DNA of 64,000 bases from Mobula hypostoma (taxonomy: Eukaryota). The stretch covers positions 55,862,001 through 55,926,000 of the forward strand of contig NC_086104.1 in the NCBI RefSeq assembly GCF_963921235.1. Direction: 5' to 3'. The notes beneath the pieces are model-generated. The model was given only the letters and a program-made list of their open reading frames with translations, was not told where the DNA came from and ran no database searches. A program made the translations under genes and the position numbers. The stretch's first letter is position 1. Each line of letters starts with the position of its first letter. Positions 24,751 through 37,510 of this stretch are shown here, in pieces.

Positions 24751-27700
24751 AAAAATCCAAGTTGAGGTGACAGGGCCTGGGCCGGAGTGCGAGGAACAAC
24801 CCACTGTTTGGCCAATTTGAGCGGTGGGCCCGATTTTTAAAAAAGTCAGGGTGTTGGGGCAAGAGGAGGGGGGGGGGTTGGTGCTTAGCTCCGTGCTGTG
24901 CTGCATGGGGTTTACTCGTCTCTGCTCTGAACTGAGGTTGTGGGCTGCAACTAACCATTCCTGAATCGGCTGCACTGATGACTGGCTTCATGGCTGTGGA
25001 ATCACTTTCGTAAATTTCAGTTCTGAATGTTATTTACTTATTTTTATTGTTTGCAAGATTTTTTTTCTTCTGCGTATTGGGTATTTGACGGTCTTTTTTA
25101 ATGGGCTCTATTGAATTTCTTTGTTTTGTGGTTGCCTGTAAGGAGACGAATCTTAAGGTTATATGTAGTATATATATTTTGATAATAAATGTACCTTGAA
25201 CTTTGTAAAAACAGTAGTTATAGGTGATTTGGTAATCTAGTGGGGGTGGGGGGAGTTGACAGTAACATGTCTCAAATGTTTTTGCCTCTCGTGTCAGGGT
25301 AAAGGATGTCATTAGGAAAGCATAGCAAAGGGACGAAGAACCGGAAGTTACAGTGCCTGTCAAAAACAGCACAGGTTGGCAAAAAGATTAGGGTCTTGCA
25401 GTCTATATTCCAGGAAATGGGTTAAAGGTAATATCACGAAGACAGTAACCACCATATGCTACACATTAATTAGAGGATAAGCAGGTTAGTTCATGGATGT
25501 CAACTTGGAACAGAAGGGAGATGTTCACGATTAGAACCAGTTGTGGACCATAGGAACCTGATTAAGATGAACAAATTACATATCTAGAGGATTAGAATGG
25601 TATCCAAAGAAAATTAGGTTGCAGCAGGGTAAAAGAATCTGTGTGACTAAATAAGATTGAGCTTTGGGTAGGAGAAGCCGAGAGAAAAGATGATAAGATG
25701 TGACAATGTTTTTGACAAAGCTCAAAAGGTGTGATTGGGCACTTGAATTTTTTATGGATACAAAGGGAGAAATGTATTCCAGGACTGGTTGAGATGATGC
25801 TGGAAGGAGGTGCTCTTTGTGAAGTATCATTGACAAAATCTGTCAGATTAAGTGTTGAGAAACAGAAAGGTTAAAAGTGTTAAATTTACTGGAAAATAGC
25901 AAGACAGCTGTAGGAAATGAAGCACAGTGACAATGAAGAGCTTAAAACTACCAAAATGTTGATTGATATAATATTTGAGTAAAAGTCAAAATGGATAAGA
26001 AATTTCTGAAGATTTTCAAGACAACATTCTTGATCCATGTGTTTCTCCCCCAATGAATAAAGAGGAATCGCTGGATTTGTTTTGGAAGATGAGAGTAACT
26101 TGAACATCACAGAAGGACACATAGCAGTGATCATCAGTTTAGTTCTGTGATGGAAAGGGGAAAGAAGCAACAATTATAATTTGGAAGGAACAAAATCAGT
26201 GCATTCAGAGAGGATTGGGTCTGGTTCAATCTGACTCAAAAGTTAGCAGGTTACATTAAAATCATGGGCAGCATTTAAAAGTACAGAAAAGGACCAACAC
26301 CACAGATAATGCTAAAAATCAACACATGAAATGCTAGAAGTTGTCTGCGGGTCAGGGGGTCTCTTGTGTCTGCATTTGGGATTCTGTGCCCCGGGGAGCT
26401 GCGGAGTTATAGTCAATGAATTTATTCAATGCAGAAATTGACAGCTGAACTACAAGAGAGTCAATGGGTATGGTGCAAGGACAAGCCATACCCTACCTCC
26501 TATCTATGACTGAGAAATGGGCCACCAGTTGGTGGCTGAAGGGTTTGAGGGGAAGTTGATCAAGTTGGGCCTATGTCATTTGGATTACAGAGAAGCAAGT
26601 GATCTTGTTGAAACATTTAAGAAAGATTATAGGGTGGATTCTGAGAGATTGTTTTGCATTGTGGTACATCTAGAACTATGGGGCATGGCTTCAAAGTAAA
26701 GGGCACTCCATTTAACAATTTCTCATCGCTGAAAGATTACTAATCTTTGAAATTTTCTTGCTAAAAACATAAACTGCTTGAGAAATTCATCAGGACAAGC
26801 AACATCTTTGGAAGCAAGGGAATAGACAATATTTTGGATTGAGACCCTGCTTCAGGATTTATGCAGGTTTTTTTTTGCTCCACAAGACAGCACCTGCAGT
26901 CTAGTTCCATATGGTATTTACCCCAGAGCACTGCAAACACAGAATCAATGAATATATTCAATATAGAGATTGACAGACATTTGAAATATGAGTAAAGAAT
27001 TTAATTTTCTAGGTCATAACTCTGAATCTTTCTGTACGAGTTCATCAGAATTTTAGAAAAGTACGCTCATAGCTATTCCAATTAAGTTTGCTTTGGATCA
27101 CATTAACAGAATGCCAAAAGGTTTGCTTGTCACACTTGTTTATTAAGGATCGTGGAGTGCAAGCATCTGTCCTTAATGGGTTTGTTTTCATCATTTGTTC
27201 TAATAAGATACTGAGTCATGTTGACTGGCTCAGATTTTCATTGTACTAAAACAAGATAAATTTAATCTGTTTAATGCTCAATCACTCAACTTCTAATTGT
27301 CTGTAAAATGATAGACGTGGTAATCAATAGTGGCATTTACCAATAATGTACTTTAACATAGAACAGTTCAGCACAGGCTCTTCAGCCCACAGTGTTTGCG
27401 TTTCGTACAAATCAAAACTAATCTCACCTGTCTATATTCTTTCCTACCTGTTCGTGTCCCTGTCTAAGTGCCTGTTAAAGTTAACAGTTGTGTCTGCTTC
27501 CACTGTTTCCCCAGTAGTATCTTCCAGGCACCAGCCAGTCTTTGCATTTTAAAAAAATGCCTTGCAAATTTTCTTTACTCTTTCCCTACCTGCCTTAAAG
27601 CTATGTCATCTAAAATTTGACATTTCCACCATGGGAAAAGGACAGACTTGCGATTTTATATACTTCTATCAGCCTTTGATGCTTCTGGAGAAAGCAATCC

Positions 27701-27879
27701 AAGTTTAAAGCTAAACTTGTAGCTAATTCTTTCTAATACAGCAAATATTCCTGGTGAACCTCTTCTGCACCCTCTCCAAATCCTTCCTAACATTACAAAT
27801 AAGGCCTAACCAAAGTTTCATACAGCTGCAGTATGACTTGTAGATTTTCATACTCAAACCTGATGAATGAAGAGGTAAA

Positions 27880-29122
27880 CGGCAGACACAATCTCAATGG
27901 CTCTCCGCATGGCTTTAGACCACCTAGACAACACAAACACCTAAGTCAGGATGCTGTTCATCGACTATAGCTTAGCATTTAATACCATCATTCCCACAAT
28001 CCTGATTGAGAAGTTGCAGAACCTGGGCCTCTGTACCTCCCTCTGCAATTGGATCCTGGACTTCCTAACTGGAAGACCACAGTCTGTGTGAATTGGTGAT
28101 AACATATCCTCCTCACTGACGATCAACACTGGCGCACTTCAGGGGGTGTGTGCTTACCCACTGCTCTACTCTCTGTATACACATGACTGTGTGGCTAGGC
28201 ATAGCTCAAATACCATCTACAAATTTGCTGACGATACAACCGTTGTTGGTAGAATCTCAGGTGGTGACGAGAGGGTGTACAGGAGTGAGATATACCAACT
28301 AGTGGAGTGGTGTCACAGCAACAACCTGGCACTCAATGTCAGTAAGACAAAAGAATTGATTTTGGACCTCAGGAAGGGCAAGACGAAGGAGCACATTCCA
28401 ATCCTCATAGAGGGATCAGAAGTGGAGAGAGTGAGCAGCTTCAAGTTCCTCAGTGTTAAGATCTCTGAGGATCTAACCTGGTCCCAACATAGCAATGTAG
28501 TTATAAAGAAGGCAAGACAGCGGCTATACTTCATTAGGAGTTTGAAGAGATTTGGCATGTTAACAAATACACTCAAAAACTTCTATACTTGTACTGTGGG
28601 GAGCATTCTGACAGGCTGCATCACTGTCTGGTATGGAGGGGCTACTGCACCGGACCAAAAGAAGCTGCAGAAGGTTGTAAATCTAGTCAGCTCCATCTTG
28701 GGCACCAGCCTGCAAAGTACCCAAGACATCTTTAGGGAGCAGTATCTCAGAAAGGCAGTTTCCATTATTAAGGACCTCCAGCACCCAGGGCATGCCCTTT
28801 TCTCACTGTTACTATGAGGCTGGAGATACAGAAACCTGATGGCGCGCACACAGCGATTCAGGAACAGCTTCTTCCCCTCTGCCATCCAATTCCTAAATGG
28901 ACATTGAAGCTTTGGACACTACCTCACTTTTTTTTAATATACAGTATTTCTGTTTTTGCACTTTTTTAAAATCCATTCAATATACATAATTGATTTACTT
29001 TGTTATTGAGTTTTATTTTATTTTTTTCTCTCTCTGCTGGATTATGTATTGCATTGATCTGCTGCTGCTAAGTTAACAAATTTCATGTCACGTGCCGGTG
29101 ATAATAAACCTGATCCTGATTC
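27880..29122 (+). mobile_element. Rex1/Babar-type LINE RT fragment
   Basis: 223-aa ORF PLLYSLYTHDC...KFADDTTVVG...LNVSKTKELI...KKARQRLYF, with tail aataaacctgatcctgattct. Confidence 0.85.
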
Positions 29123-29344
29123 TATTTACTTTGATTCTGCTCCAGGCCTCGATCACCTTGGCCAGACTTGGTTTCAAAGTTAAGTTGTAAGTGAAGTACC
29201 TATGTTTGGCTGTCCTTCACTCAAATTGGATATTGTATTTGACATGATTTTCTTTCCCAAAACACCATTTGGCATTTTCTCCAATGATTATTTCTGGAGT
29301 AAATTAACATTTTCTTGTGAAAAATATCGACCACAAAAAGTGAT

Positions 29345-29812
29345 TTTGATGGCATGAACATTGATTTCTCGAACTTCTGGTAAATTTCCCCCACCCCCTC
29401 ACCCCCCGCCTTCTCCATTCTCATACCCATTTTCTCTCTCTCACCTCATTTCCTTACTTGCCCACCACCTCCCTCTGGTGCTCCTCCCCCATCCCTTTCT
29501 TCCATGGTCTTCTACCCTCTCCTATCAGATTTCCCCCTTCTCCAACCCTTTATCTCTTTCACCTATCAGCTCTTTACTTCACCCCTCTCCCTTTCACTTA
29601 TCACCTACCACTTTGTATTTCTTCCTCCATCACCCCACCCCCAACAACTTCATGCTCTAACTTCTCATCTTTTTTTTCCAGTTCTGATGAAGGGTGTCAG
29701 CCTGGAACGTAGACTGTTTACTTTTTCCCATAGATGCTGCTTGGGTTGTTGCGTTCTTCCAGCATTTTGTTTGTGTTGCTTTGGATTTCCAAACTTTGCA
29801 AATTTTCTTGTC
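29345..29812 (+). mobile_element. Penelope-like element 3' fragment, decayed
   Basis: Begins gatggcatgaacattgatttctc (DGMNIDFSNF) and ends with the shared terminal repeat. Confidence 0.75.
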
Positions 29813-29822
29813 AAATTCTATA

Positions 29823-32068
29823 CAGGTTTCCCTCGCCATCCAAAGGTAGAGTGTTCCTATGAAATGGTTCATAAGCCAAAATGTTGTAAAGCGGAGAAGC
29901 AATTACCATTTATTTATATGGGAAAATTTTGTGAGCATTCGCAGGCCCAAAAATAACCTACCAAATAGATAGATAGATGTACTTTATTAATCCCGAGGGA
30001 AATTTGGTTTCGTTACAGCCGCACCAACCAAGAATAAAGTGTAAATATAGCAATACAAAAAACCCCAACAATCAAACAACAAATTGCAAAACTATGCCGA
30101 TGGAAAATAAGTCCAGGACCGGTCTATTGGCTCAGGGTGTCTGACCCTCCACGGGAGGAGCTGCACGTTCGATGGCCACAGGCAGGAACAACCTCCCGTG
30201 CCGCCAAGTGTTGTATCACGGTGGAATGTGGCCGAAGTCCAACAGTAAAAAAATTCAATATCCAGTCTGCAAACACGTTCCTCGATCGTAATATGCCCTG
30301 GATTGCACCACCTGTTGTTAGCCAGATCAGTAAGCACCCCACTCCTTCATGCTGCTTACTGCTCTCGGTGCACTTCCGGTCAGGCAGAACAGTATTACCC
30401 ACTGAACTCCTCTTCTCCGAAAGTCTCTGTCGTCTCGACCCGGTCCTCTTTCCTCGGCTTTGTGATCCCCCTCTGTGCGTTTTCCTCCGGATTTCAGCAG
30501 GGGTGTCTGCCGCTCTGTTCGCTAAGCCGACCAGAATTTGCTGGTCCGTGGAATACACAATGCGACCTTGCTTCTGTCCCGCATGTCGGGATGTAACCAT
30601 TTCCAGCGCTAAAGAAAAACCAAATAAAACTCCCTCTGCCAGCATATTAGAGAGGGTGCAGCTTCGACATATTACCGTGAGAAAAAAATACAAAAAAAAA
30701 CGTAAATTAAAAAGTAAGAAGAAAATAAAGAATAGATCGGAACGGCTGTACCAGGCTGCATGCACAAATCATGCCAAATAATACATAAAACCTAAAATAA
30801 CAGTAACATATAGTAAAAGCAGGAATGATATGATAAATACACAGCCTATATAAAGTAGGAATACTTCTCTATAACGATTGCCTGCACAGATCTCCGTAGC
30901 GAAAATCTCACGCAAGCGCTGTTGGCATAAACGCTCTCCAGTAACCTTTAAACTATGAAGCTGCCAAATCTACCAAATAACACGTAAAAATACACAGCCT
31001 ATATAAAGTAGAAATAATGTATGTACAGTGTAGTATCACTTACCAGAATTGGGAAAACAGCGCTGAGCACACTGATGATGGTGTTAGACTGAGTTGTCGC
31101 AGGCTGGGTGGTGCGGTGGCCCCCACCCTCCAGGCCGCCGACCCGATACATTGCCGCGAAGAACACAGGGGTCCAGCGGTAGCCGGGAGGCACACAGCAC
31201 ATTGCATTGCATCGCCTCTGATCTTGGCCGACAATTACGTGCTAGGCAGCACCTAATTAATTAGCATGTTTATTTCGGCTTTCTTCTTAAAGGTGTGCTG
31301 TGTGCCTCCCGGCTATCGCTGCATTCTTCGCGAATCGGTACAGTATCTGTCCGGGACATGGGGGTGTCATCTCATTGTCGATCAGGGCAGGCAGCTCATC
31401 TTCTCCTATGACTGCCCGCCTCAATGTCGAAGGTCGAGGTTCATCATCTGATGTGGAAGGCTTGCTTGACTGCTGAGCCTCGCGCATTTTTCTATTATAC
31501 AGTTGTTTGTAAGCACTCAAACCATCCTGCAAATATCCCCTAAACCGATGTACCCTTTCAAAATTAAAGTCGTACTTTATCATTGCAGCAAAAATCTCAC
31601 GCATTTGCTTCACTTTCTGCATTCGGTTTCGATTGTTATCCTTTCCTCTTCCAATTGCATCAGCTCTTCATCTATCAGTTCTTGGTCATGGGATGCCAAA
31701 ACCTCTTCAACATCATCTTCATCAACTTCCACAAGCCAAACTCACTTTGTCCTTTCTTCGTTCACCACGATCGAAACGCTTAATTATGTCTAGTTTTACG
31801 CTAAGTGTAACACCCTTACTCTTTCAGGCTTTTCCGACCCCTTAGAACTCAACTTGCTAACGGCTGCTCAATCTAACGTGTTTAAGCAATGCCGTTCCGA
31901 ATTCAGGGCAAAGTGGCTTCTCTGGGCGTGCGCTGATTTTTTTATCGCGCGCTGATTTTTTTCGTAACAGTGAAAACACCTTCTGAAAGCGAAAACAGGG
32001 TGCTAATGTAGGTCTTTCGTAACGGTGAGGTTTCGTAAAGCGAACGTTTGAAAAGCGGGGAACACCTA
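29823..32068 (-). mobile_element. Tigger/pogo-type DNA transposon, internally deleted
   Basis: TA flanks and imperfect TIRs (caggtttccctcgc / gcggggaacaccta). Minus-strand remnant of a Tigger-like acidic C-terminus (EVDEDDVEEVLASHDQELIDEELMQLEEER ... SAYKQLY). Confidence 0.75.
29967..30764 (-). mobile_element. Non-autonomous deleted Rex1/Babar derivative nested in the Tigger element
   Basis: 3' end GGSDTLSQ* plus UTR and (TCTA)n tail, shared with the local Rex1 copies. Flanking CAAAT duplication (29962-29966 and 30765-30769). Confidence 0.75.
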
Positions 32069-32683
32069 TAATTGCTCAATTTGAGTTTTTAATTTATTTT
32101 GAAAATATGGGCTCACTGGAATTTAATGTCCATCAGAATTTGTTCTAGATGAATGGACAATAGATCTCCTGGTGATAAATGGCTCTTGTTCCTATAATGA
32201 AGACTGGGGTGAAAAGTTCTAGGATTCGACGTGGTGGTGGAATGGTGTATACATGTATGCATGGATGTGTGATCTAGAGGGGAGCTTGCATCTGTTGGAC
32301 TTCAAGCACTCTTAGGAGGTGCTGTTGAAACCTTTGCCTCATTGCCTCTTGTAGATTGTCCACGATGTGGTACAGAGATGATGAATGCTTCAGATGGTGA
32401 ATGAATTGCTAATAAGTTTAATTAGTGTTGAGTCTTTGAGTATTGTTGTAACTGCATTTGTCCAGATGAGTAAGTATTTGTCTTGTGGATAATGAAAAGG
32501 CTTTGGGATATCAAGAGACAAATCATTCACTTTTACTAACAGAGTGGGGCTGCTTAGAAAAACTCCATTCCAAAGCAAGAAAAAAAATTTTGAGATCTAT
32601 TAAAATCCAAATTTGGTTTGTCCATAAAATTATGCATGATTGAATGATTTTATTTTTGTGCATTTCTCATTCCATCCCTATAG

Positions 32684-32719
32684 CCTGGAAGAGTTGTCAC
32701 ACTTGTTGAAGATCCTGAG
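32684..32719 (+). CDS. CHAC2: CHAC2 exon 2 (36 nt)
   Basis: ctatag|CCTGGA...CCTGAG|gtaaat. Encodes PGRVVTLVEDPE, the ChaC PGRVVTL motif. Confidence 0.95.
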
Positions 32720-34327
32720 GTAAATAAATAATGCATATTTGTTAATCAACATTTGCAAATAGTTTTATTCATTCAATATGTATTTCAGTTTCTGTGTAGT
32801 AAGAACAACAGATTGCTGATCAAATGTGTGCATTATATGTAATTTTCTTTGGCTAAAACACAATCAAATTGAAAATCTGTAGTCTTAAGTATTCATAGCT
32901 CAAGTCCATCCAAAACTTGAATGTTTGTGCAGGGTAGCTGACCAGGATAAAGATTATTGTTTTATTATACATGTGCTACTAGATACCATATAATGGCATA
33001 TAAAAATAATATTGTATGTAGAAAACTACAATTGTTTTTCCATACTTAGGACATAAGTCATCAAATGTAAAGGAATTAATTTCCAAGTAAAGCTGTAATT
33101 CTTCTATTTTAAAAGTGTCCTATTGATTGGAGATTTTTCTTCAAGCTATGCTTTCTTGTACAGATGTACTGTGCTCTGAAGTAGCTGTCCACATACACGC
33201 CAGTACATGATGAAGGGTCTCAGTCCAAAGTATTGACTGTTTACTCCCCTCCATGGATGCTTCCTGACCTGCTGAGTTCCTCCAGCATTTTGTGCATGTT
33301 ACTTCAGAACATTATGTAATTTTTATGATGCCACTGAGTTATATGGTGTTATTAAGCAAGTATGTGATGATGCGGACTGGTGCTAAACAGTGTCTATAGA
33401 TGCAGTGTACAATCATTTCAAATGGTATGGTTGTTCTTTTGTAACAGTTGAAACTCATGGAACATTTGCCATTAACTGCCTTTTCAATAAAAAGAAAAAA
33501 TGCCAGAATACTGCACATGATAACATTGTTCAGTATATTGGGTCAAATGTAGCACAAGTTACGTTAGTGTTTCAATAAGTTGCTTACAGAATATTCCATC
33601 TTTACAAAATCATTTATTAAGATCTGAGGTTCTATTTACCTGGAATTGAAGAATGTAAATTATATTGAACTAAAACATGTTTGTATCACTATGTGCTGAG
33701 GAGTGTGTGAAAGTGCTGACGCATTGCAATGTAAGTGTAAATACAGGAGTTTGGAATGTAAGTGTAAATACAGAAGTTTTGGAACTTTCTAGTCTCTTTC
33801 AGCTGAGTTTTGCCAACTACATCTGATATCGAAATCCTCGAGGATTGTTGTTGAGAATTAACTTGCTGAAATTATCTATTATTTGCCTTGTGGAATCTGT
33901 TCATCATTTCTACATCAAATAAAACTAATTTCAGAAACAGCAAACTGACTCACTTTAATATCAATCATATTTAGGAATGATTTTGAGCATCAAATTAACA
34001 TCAGTGAAATGAGATTTAAAAACATCAATGAAACAAGATTCAAAAACTTTATTGGACTTTGAGGTATTCAGAAACTTTCATTGCCACTGAATGTTAAGTA
34101 AACATGAGGGGCATTGGCAGAACCAATGTGTTTTTCAGATTTTTTTTATTGACAGCAATACTTGTTCTACTGCACCTGCATGACAACACTGCTTTGTATG
34201 GGGCTTCACTATAAGATCAGGATAACTCCTGACAACAAGTTAATTTGTACCTATGCCAGTGTTGAGAGTACAGTACGAGGATTTCACTGCTGGCAGCAAG
34301 TTTTTCTGTGGATTGGTTCAACACATA

Positions 34328-35760
34328 CAGTGCCTATAAACAGTATTCACTCCCCTTGGAAGTTGACATGCTTTATTGTTTTACAACATTGAATCACAGT
34401 GGATTTAATTTGGCTTTTTTCAGCACCTATCAACAGAAGAAGACTCTTTCGTGTCAAACTGAAAACAGATCTCTACAAAGTGACCTCCATTAATTACAAA
34501 AATAAAATACAAAATATTGATTGCATAAGCATTCACCCCTTTCAAGTCAGTATATAGTACTTGCACATTTGGCAGCAGTTACAGCCTTGATTCTGTGTGG
34601 GTAGATCTCTTATCAGCTTTGCACATCTGGACACTGTAATTTTCCCCCATTCTTACTAAACTGCTCAAGCTCTGTCAGATTGAATGGTGATCATGAACGA
34701 AGAATCCTTTTCAAGTCCAGCCACAAATTCTCAATTGGATTGAGGTCTGGACTCTGACTTGGCCACTCCAGGACATTAACTTTGTTTTTAAGCTATTCCT
34801 GTATAGCTTTAACTTTGTTTGAGGTCGTGGTCTTGTTGGAAAACAAATCTTCTCCCAACTCGCAGTTCTTGTGCAGACTGCATCAGGTTTTCCTCCAGGA
34901 CTTCCCTGTATTTTGCTGCATTTCTTTTACCCTCTACCTTCTCAAGTGCTCCAGAGCCTGTTGCAGTGAAACATCCTCACAGCATGATGTCGCCATCAGC
35001 AAGCTTCATGGTAGGGATGGTGTGATTTTGATAATGTGCAGTGTTTGGCTTATGCCAAACAGCATTTCGTCTCAAGGCCAAAATGCTCAATTTTGATTTC
35101 ATCAGACCATAGAACCTTCTTCCAGCTGACTTCAGAGTCTCCCACAAGCCTTCTGGCTGAGATTTCATGGGATCTTTATTTCAACCGTGGCTTTCCCTTT
35201 CAGCCACTGAAGCTCGAGTTGTCATAGGTCTCTTGGTGGCCTCCCTCACTAGTCCCCTTATAAAATCCCTCCGATTTTGAGGATGGCCTGCTCTAGGCAG
35301 ACTTACAGCTGTGCCATATTTTCAATAACTTTTTCAGGAAGTTGCTTGGAGTGTTCTTTTGTCTTCATGGTGTAGATTTTGCCAGGATACTGACATACCA
35401 GCAGTTGGACCTTCCAGATGCAAGTGTATTTTTACTACGGTCAATTGGAAACATCTTGACTGCACACAGATCTCCAAAAACAGATCTCCATTTAACTAAT
35501 TATGTGTCTTCTAAAACCAACTGGCTGCACCAGTGATGTTTTGGTGTGTCATACTAAAGAGGAGAGGGGATCAATACTTGTGCAATCAATTATTTGGTGT
35601 TTTATATTTCTAATTTATTTAGATCATTTTGTAAAGATCTTTTTCCACTTTGACACATTTTTCTGTTGATCAGTGTCCCAAAAAAAGCCAAATTAATTCT
35701 ACTGTGATTCAATGTTGTAAAACAATAAAACATGAAAACTTCTGGCGGGTGCAGGCACTG
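34328..35760 (-). mobile_element. Tc1-like DNA transposon, decayed, with both long TIRs
   Basis: TA|cagtgcct...aggcactg|TA. Inverted terminal repeats of about 200 bp. Minus-strand transposase remnant VWHKPNTAHYQNHTIPTMK...IML. Confidence 0.85.
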
Positions 35761-36098
35761 TATATGCATAAAAATGCTGGAAATGCTCAGCAGGTCAGGC
35801 AGGATTTGTGGACAGACAAGCCTGATTAACTTGTTAGGTTGAAGACTTAATCTGATGAAGTCATTTGCCTCAAGCATTAATTATTTTTCAGAAGACTGAG
35901 TGTTTTCAGCATTTTTTTTTTTTGTTTTGCTTTTGACCTGCAGCATTTGCTTTCCATATTATAATACCCAATATCTTTAATGCAGGTAATCCATCACCTG
36001 TTTATCTATCCAACAATTAACTAATGCCAGTCATTTTTGAATAAATATATTGAAGTCTTAGACAAATAATTATTAATGTGTAATTTGTTTATGTCCAG

Positions 36099-36476
36099 GG
36101 CCTTGTATGGGGTGTGGCGTATAAACTTCCAGATGGAAAAGAGGAAGAAGTAAAGAAATATCTTGACTTTCGAGAAAAAAATGGTTATAGGACTACTACT
36201 GTTACGTTTTGTCCTAAAGATACTTCAATTAGTCCTTTCCCCGTGATGCAGTATATTGGAACATGCGATAATCCTGATTATTTGGGCCCAGCACCTCTGG
36301 AAGACATGGCTCTGCAAATTTTGAATGCTGTTGGGCCAAGTGGAAGGAACACAGAGTACCTATTTAAACTTGCTGACTCCTTACGAAGTCTTGTACCAGA
36401 AGATACTGATGACCATATCTTTTCATTGGAGAAGATGGTCAAGGAGCTCATGGTACTAAGAAAAGTGACTACATAA
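36099..36476 (+). CDS. CHAC2: CHAC2 exon 3 (terminal coding exon)
   Basis: tccag|GGC CTT GTA TGG. Encodes [30 protein letters not shown]...YLGPAP...[10 protein letters not shown], including the catalytic YLDFRE glutamate. TAA at 36474-36476. Confidence 0.97.
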   Translation, partial: GLVWGVAYKLPDGKEEEVKKYLDFREKNGYRTTTVTFCPKDTSISPFPVMQYIGTCDNPDYLGPAPLEDMALQILNAVGPSGRNTEYLFKLADSLRSLVPEDTDDHIFSLEKMVKELMVLRKVTT

Positions 36477-36597
36477 ACAATTGATGGAACAAAATGGGTC
36501 TGGAAAAAGAATTTTACTTTCACTCCTACTTTTTCTTTATTTATCTGCTGTATTATTATCCCTGACAATTGCCTATCTAAACATAAATAAGGTATTT

Positions 36598-36603
36598 AAT
36601 AAA
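36598..36603 (+). terminator. Candidate CHAC2 polyadenylation signal (AATAAA)
   Basis: First AATAAA about 120 nt after the stop, followed by GT/T-rich sequence. Further AATAAA hexamers exist downstream, so usage is unproven. Confidence 0.45.
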
Positions 36604-37287
36604 GTATTTAGTTGTATTTCTGGCTTTGGGAATCGCCAGTAAGTTGTCGCCTGCCTTCAGCAGTGCTACCTTAAACTGGAAGATGAGTTCTCTCCTTGTT
36701 CATCTATGGTCCTTGATTCTTTTTCTAGAGATGATCCATATCAGATTTATTGTATAATTAAACACAAGAAAAGTGTGCACCGGATACCTTGTGTATTTGG
36801 GTATTATGTTTATTGTTAACATTTGTTATGAAAATCTGCTGTACCTAAATGGAGAAATTGCAAATTAAATTCTACTTGAGGTAGGTATATCTAGTTAAAA
36901 TTACATTTATATGGATGATCCCATCCATTATTGTTGCTGTAAGCAGTGGACATACGGGAATTGTAACTGCATATTAGAATGCAAAATTCTTTCCAAAGGT
37001 TAATTTGCTTGTGCAGTATTTGATAATGAGGTTTTCTATTGTAAATCAATTCTGTGGTTCATTTTGTTTTGAGAACTCTAGAATGCTTCAAGAAATAAAA
37101 CAGGTCAAATAGTATCTGTAGAGAAGATGAATTTAATAATGTATCATTTCTTAATGCATGCATTACTAAATGACAATGAAAAGAGGACTACGTATCTTCA
37201 TAATCTAAATCTAATACTTTCAGTAATCTTCCACCTGAACCAGGAAAAAGCTCGTGCAAGGACAGAAAATTACAGAATAAAAGGAAA

Positions 37288-37510
37288 CACACACAAAATG
37301 CTGGAGGAACTCAGCAGGCCAGGCAGCATCTATGGAAAAGAGTACAACTGAAATTTTGTGCCAAGACTCTAAGCCAGGACCTACCGAAAGGTCTCAGCCC
37401 AAAACATCGACTGTATTCTTTTCTGTAGATGCTGCCTGGGCTGCTGAGTTCCTCCGGCGTTTTGTGTGTGTTGCTTGGATTTCCAACATCTGCAGATTTT
37501 CTCTTCTTTG
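37288..37510. mobile_element. Minimal fold-back Penelope-derived insertion
   Basis: Two inverted copies of the terminal repeat. 14-bp TSD agaataaaaggaaa (37274-37287 and 37511-37524). Confidence 0.8.

Noticed and set aside
30124-30781. Overlapping 213- and 214-aa ORFs on opposite strands
   Set aside because: They lie entirely within a deleted retroelement and end in the Rex1 ORF terminus. They are not host genes.
33728-33784. Two-copy 27-bp tandem duplication
   Set aside because: A simple local duplication with no spacers. It is not CRISPR-like and shows no sign of function.
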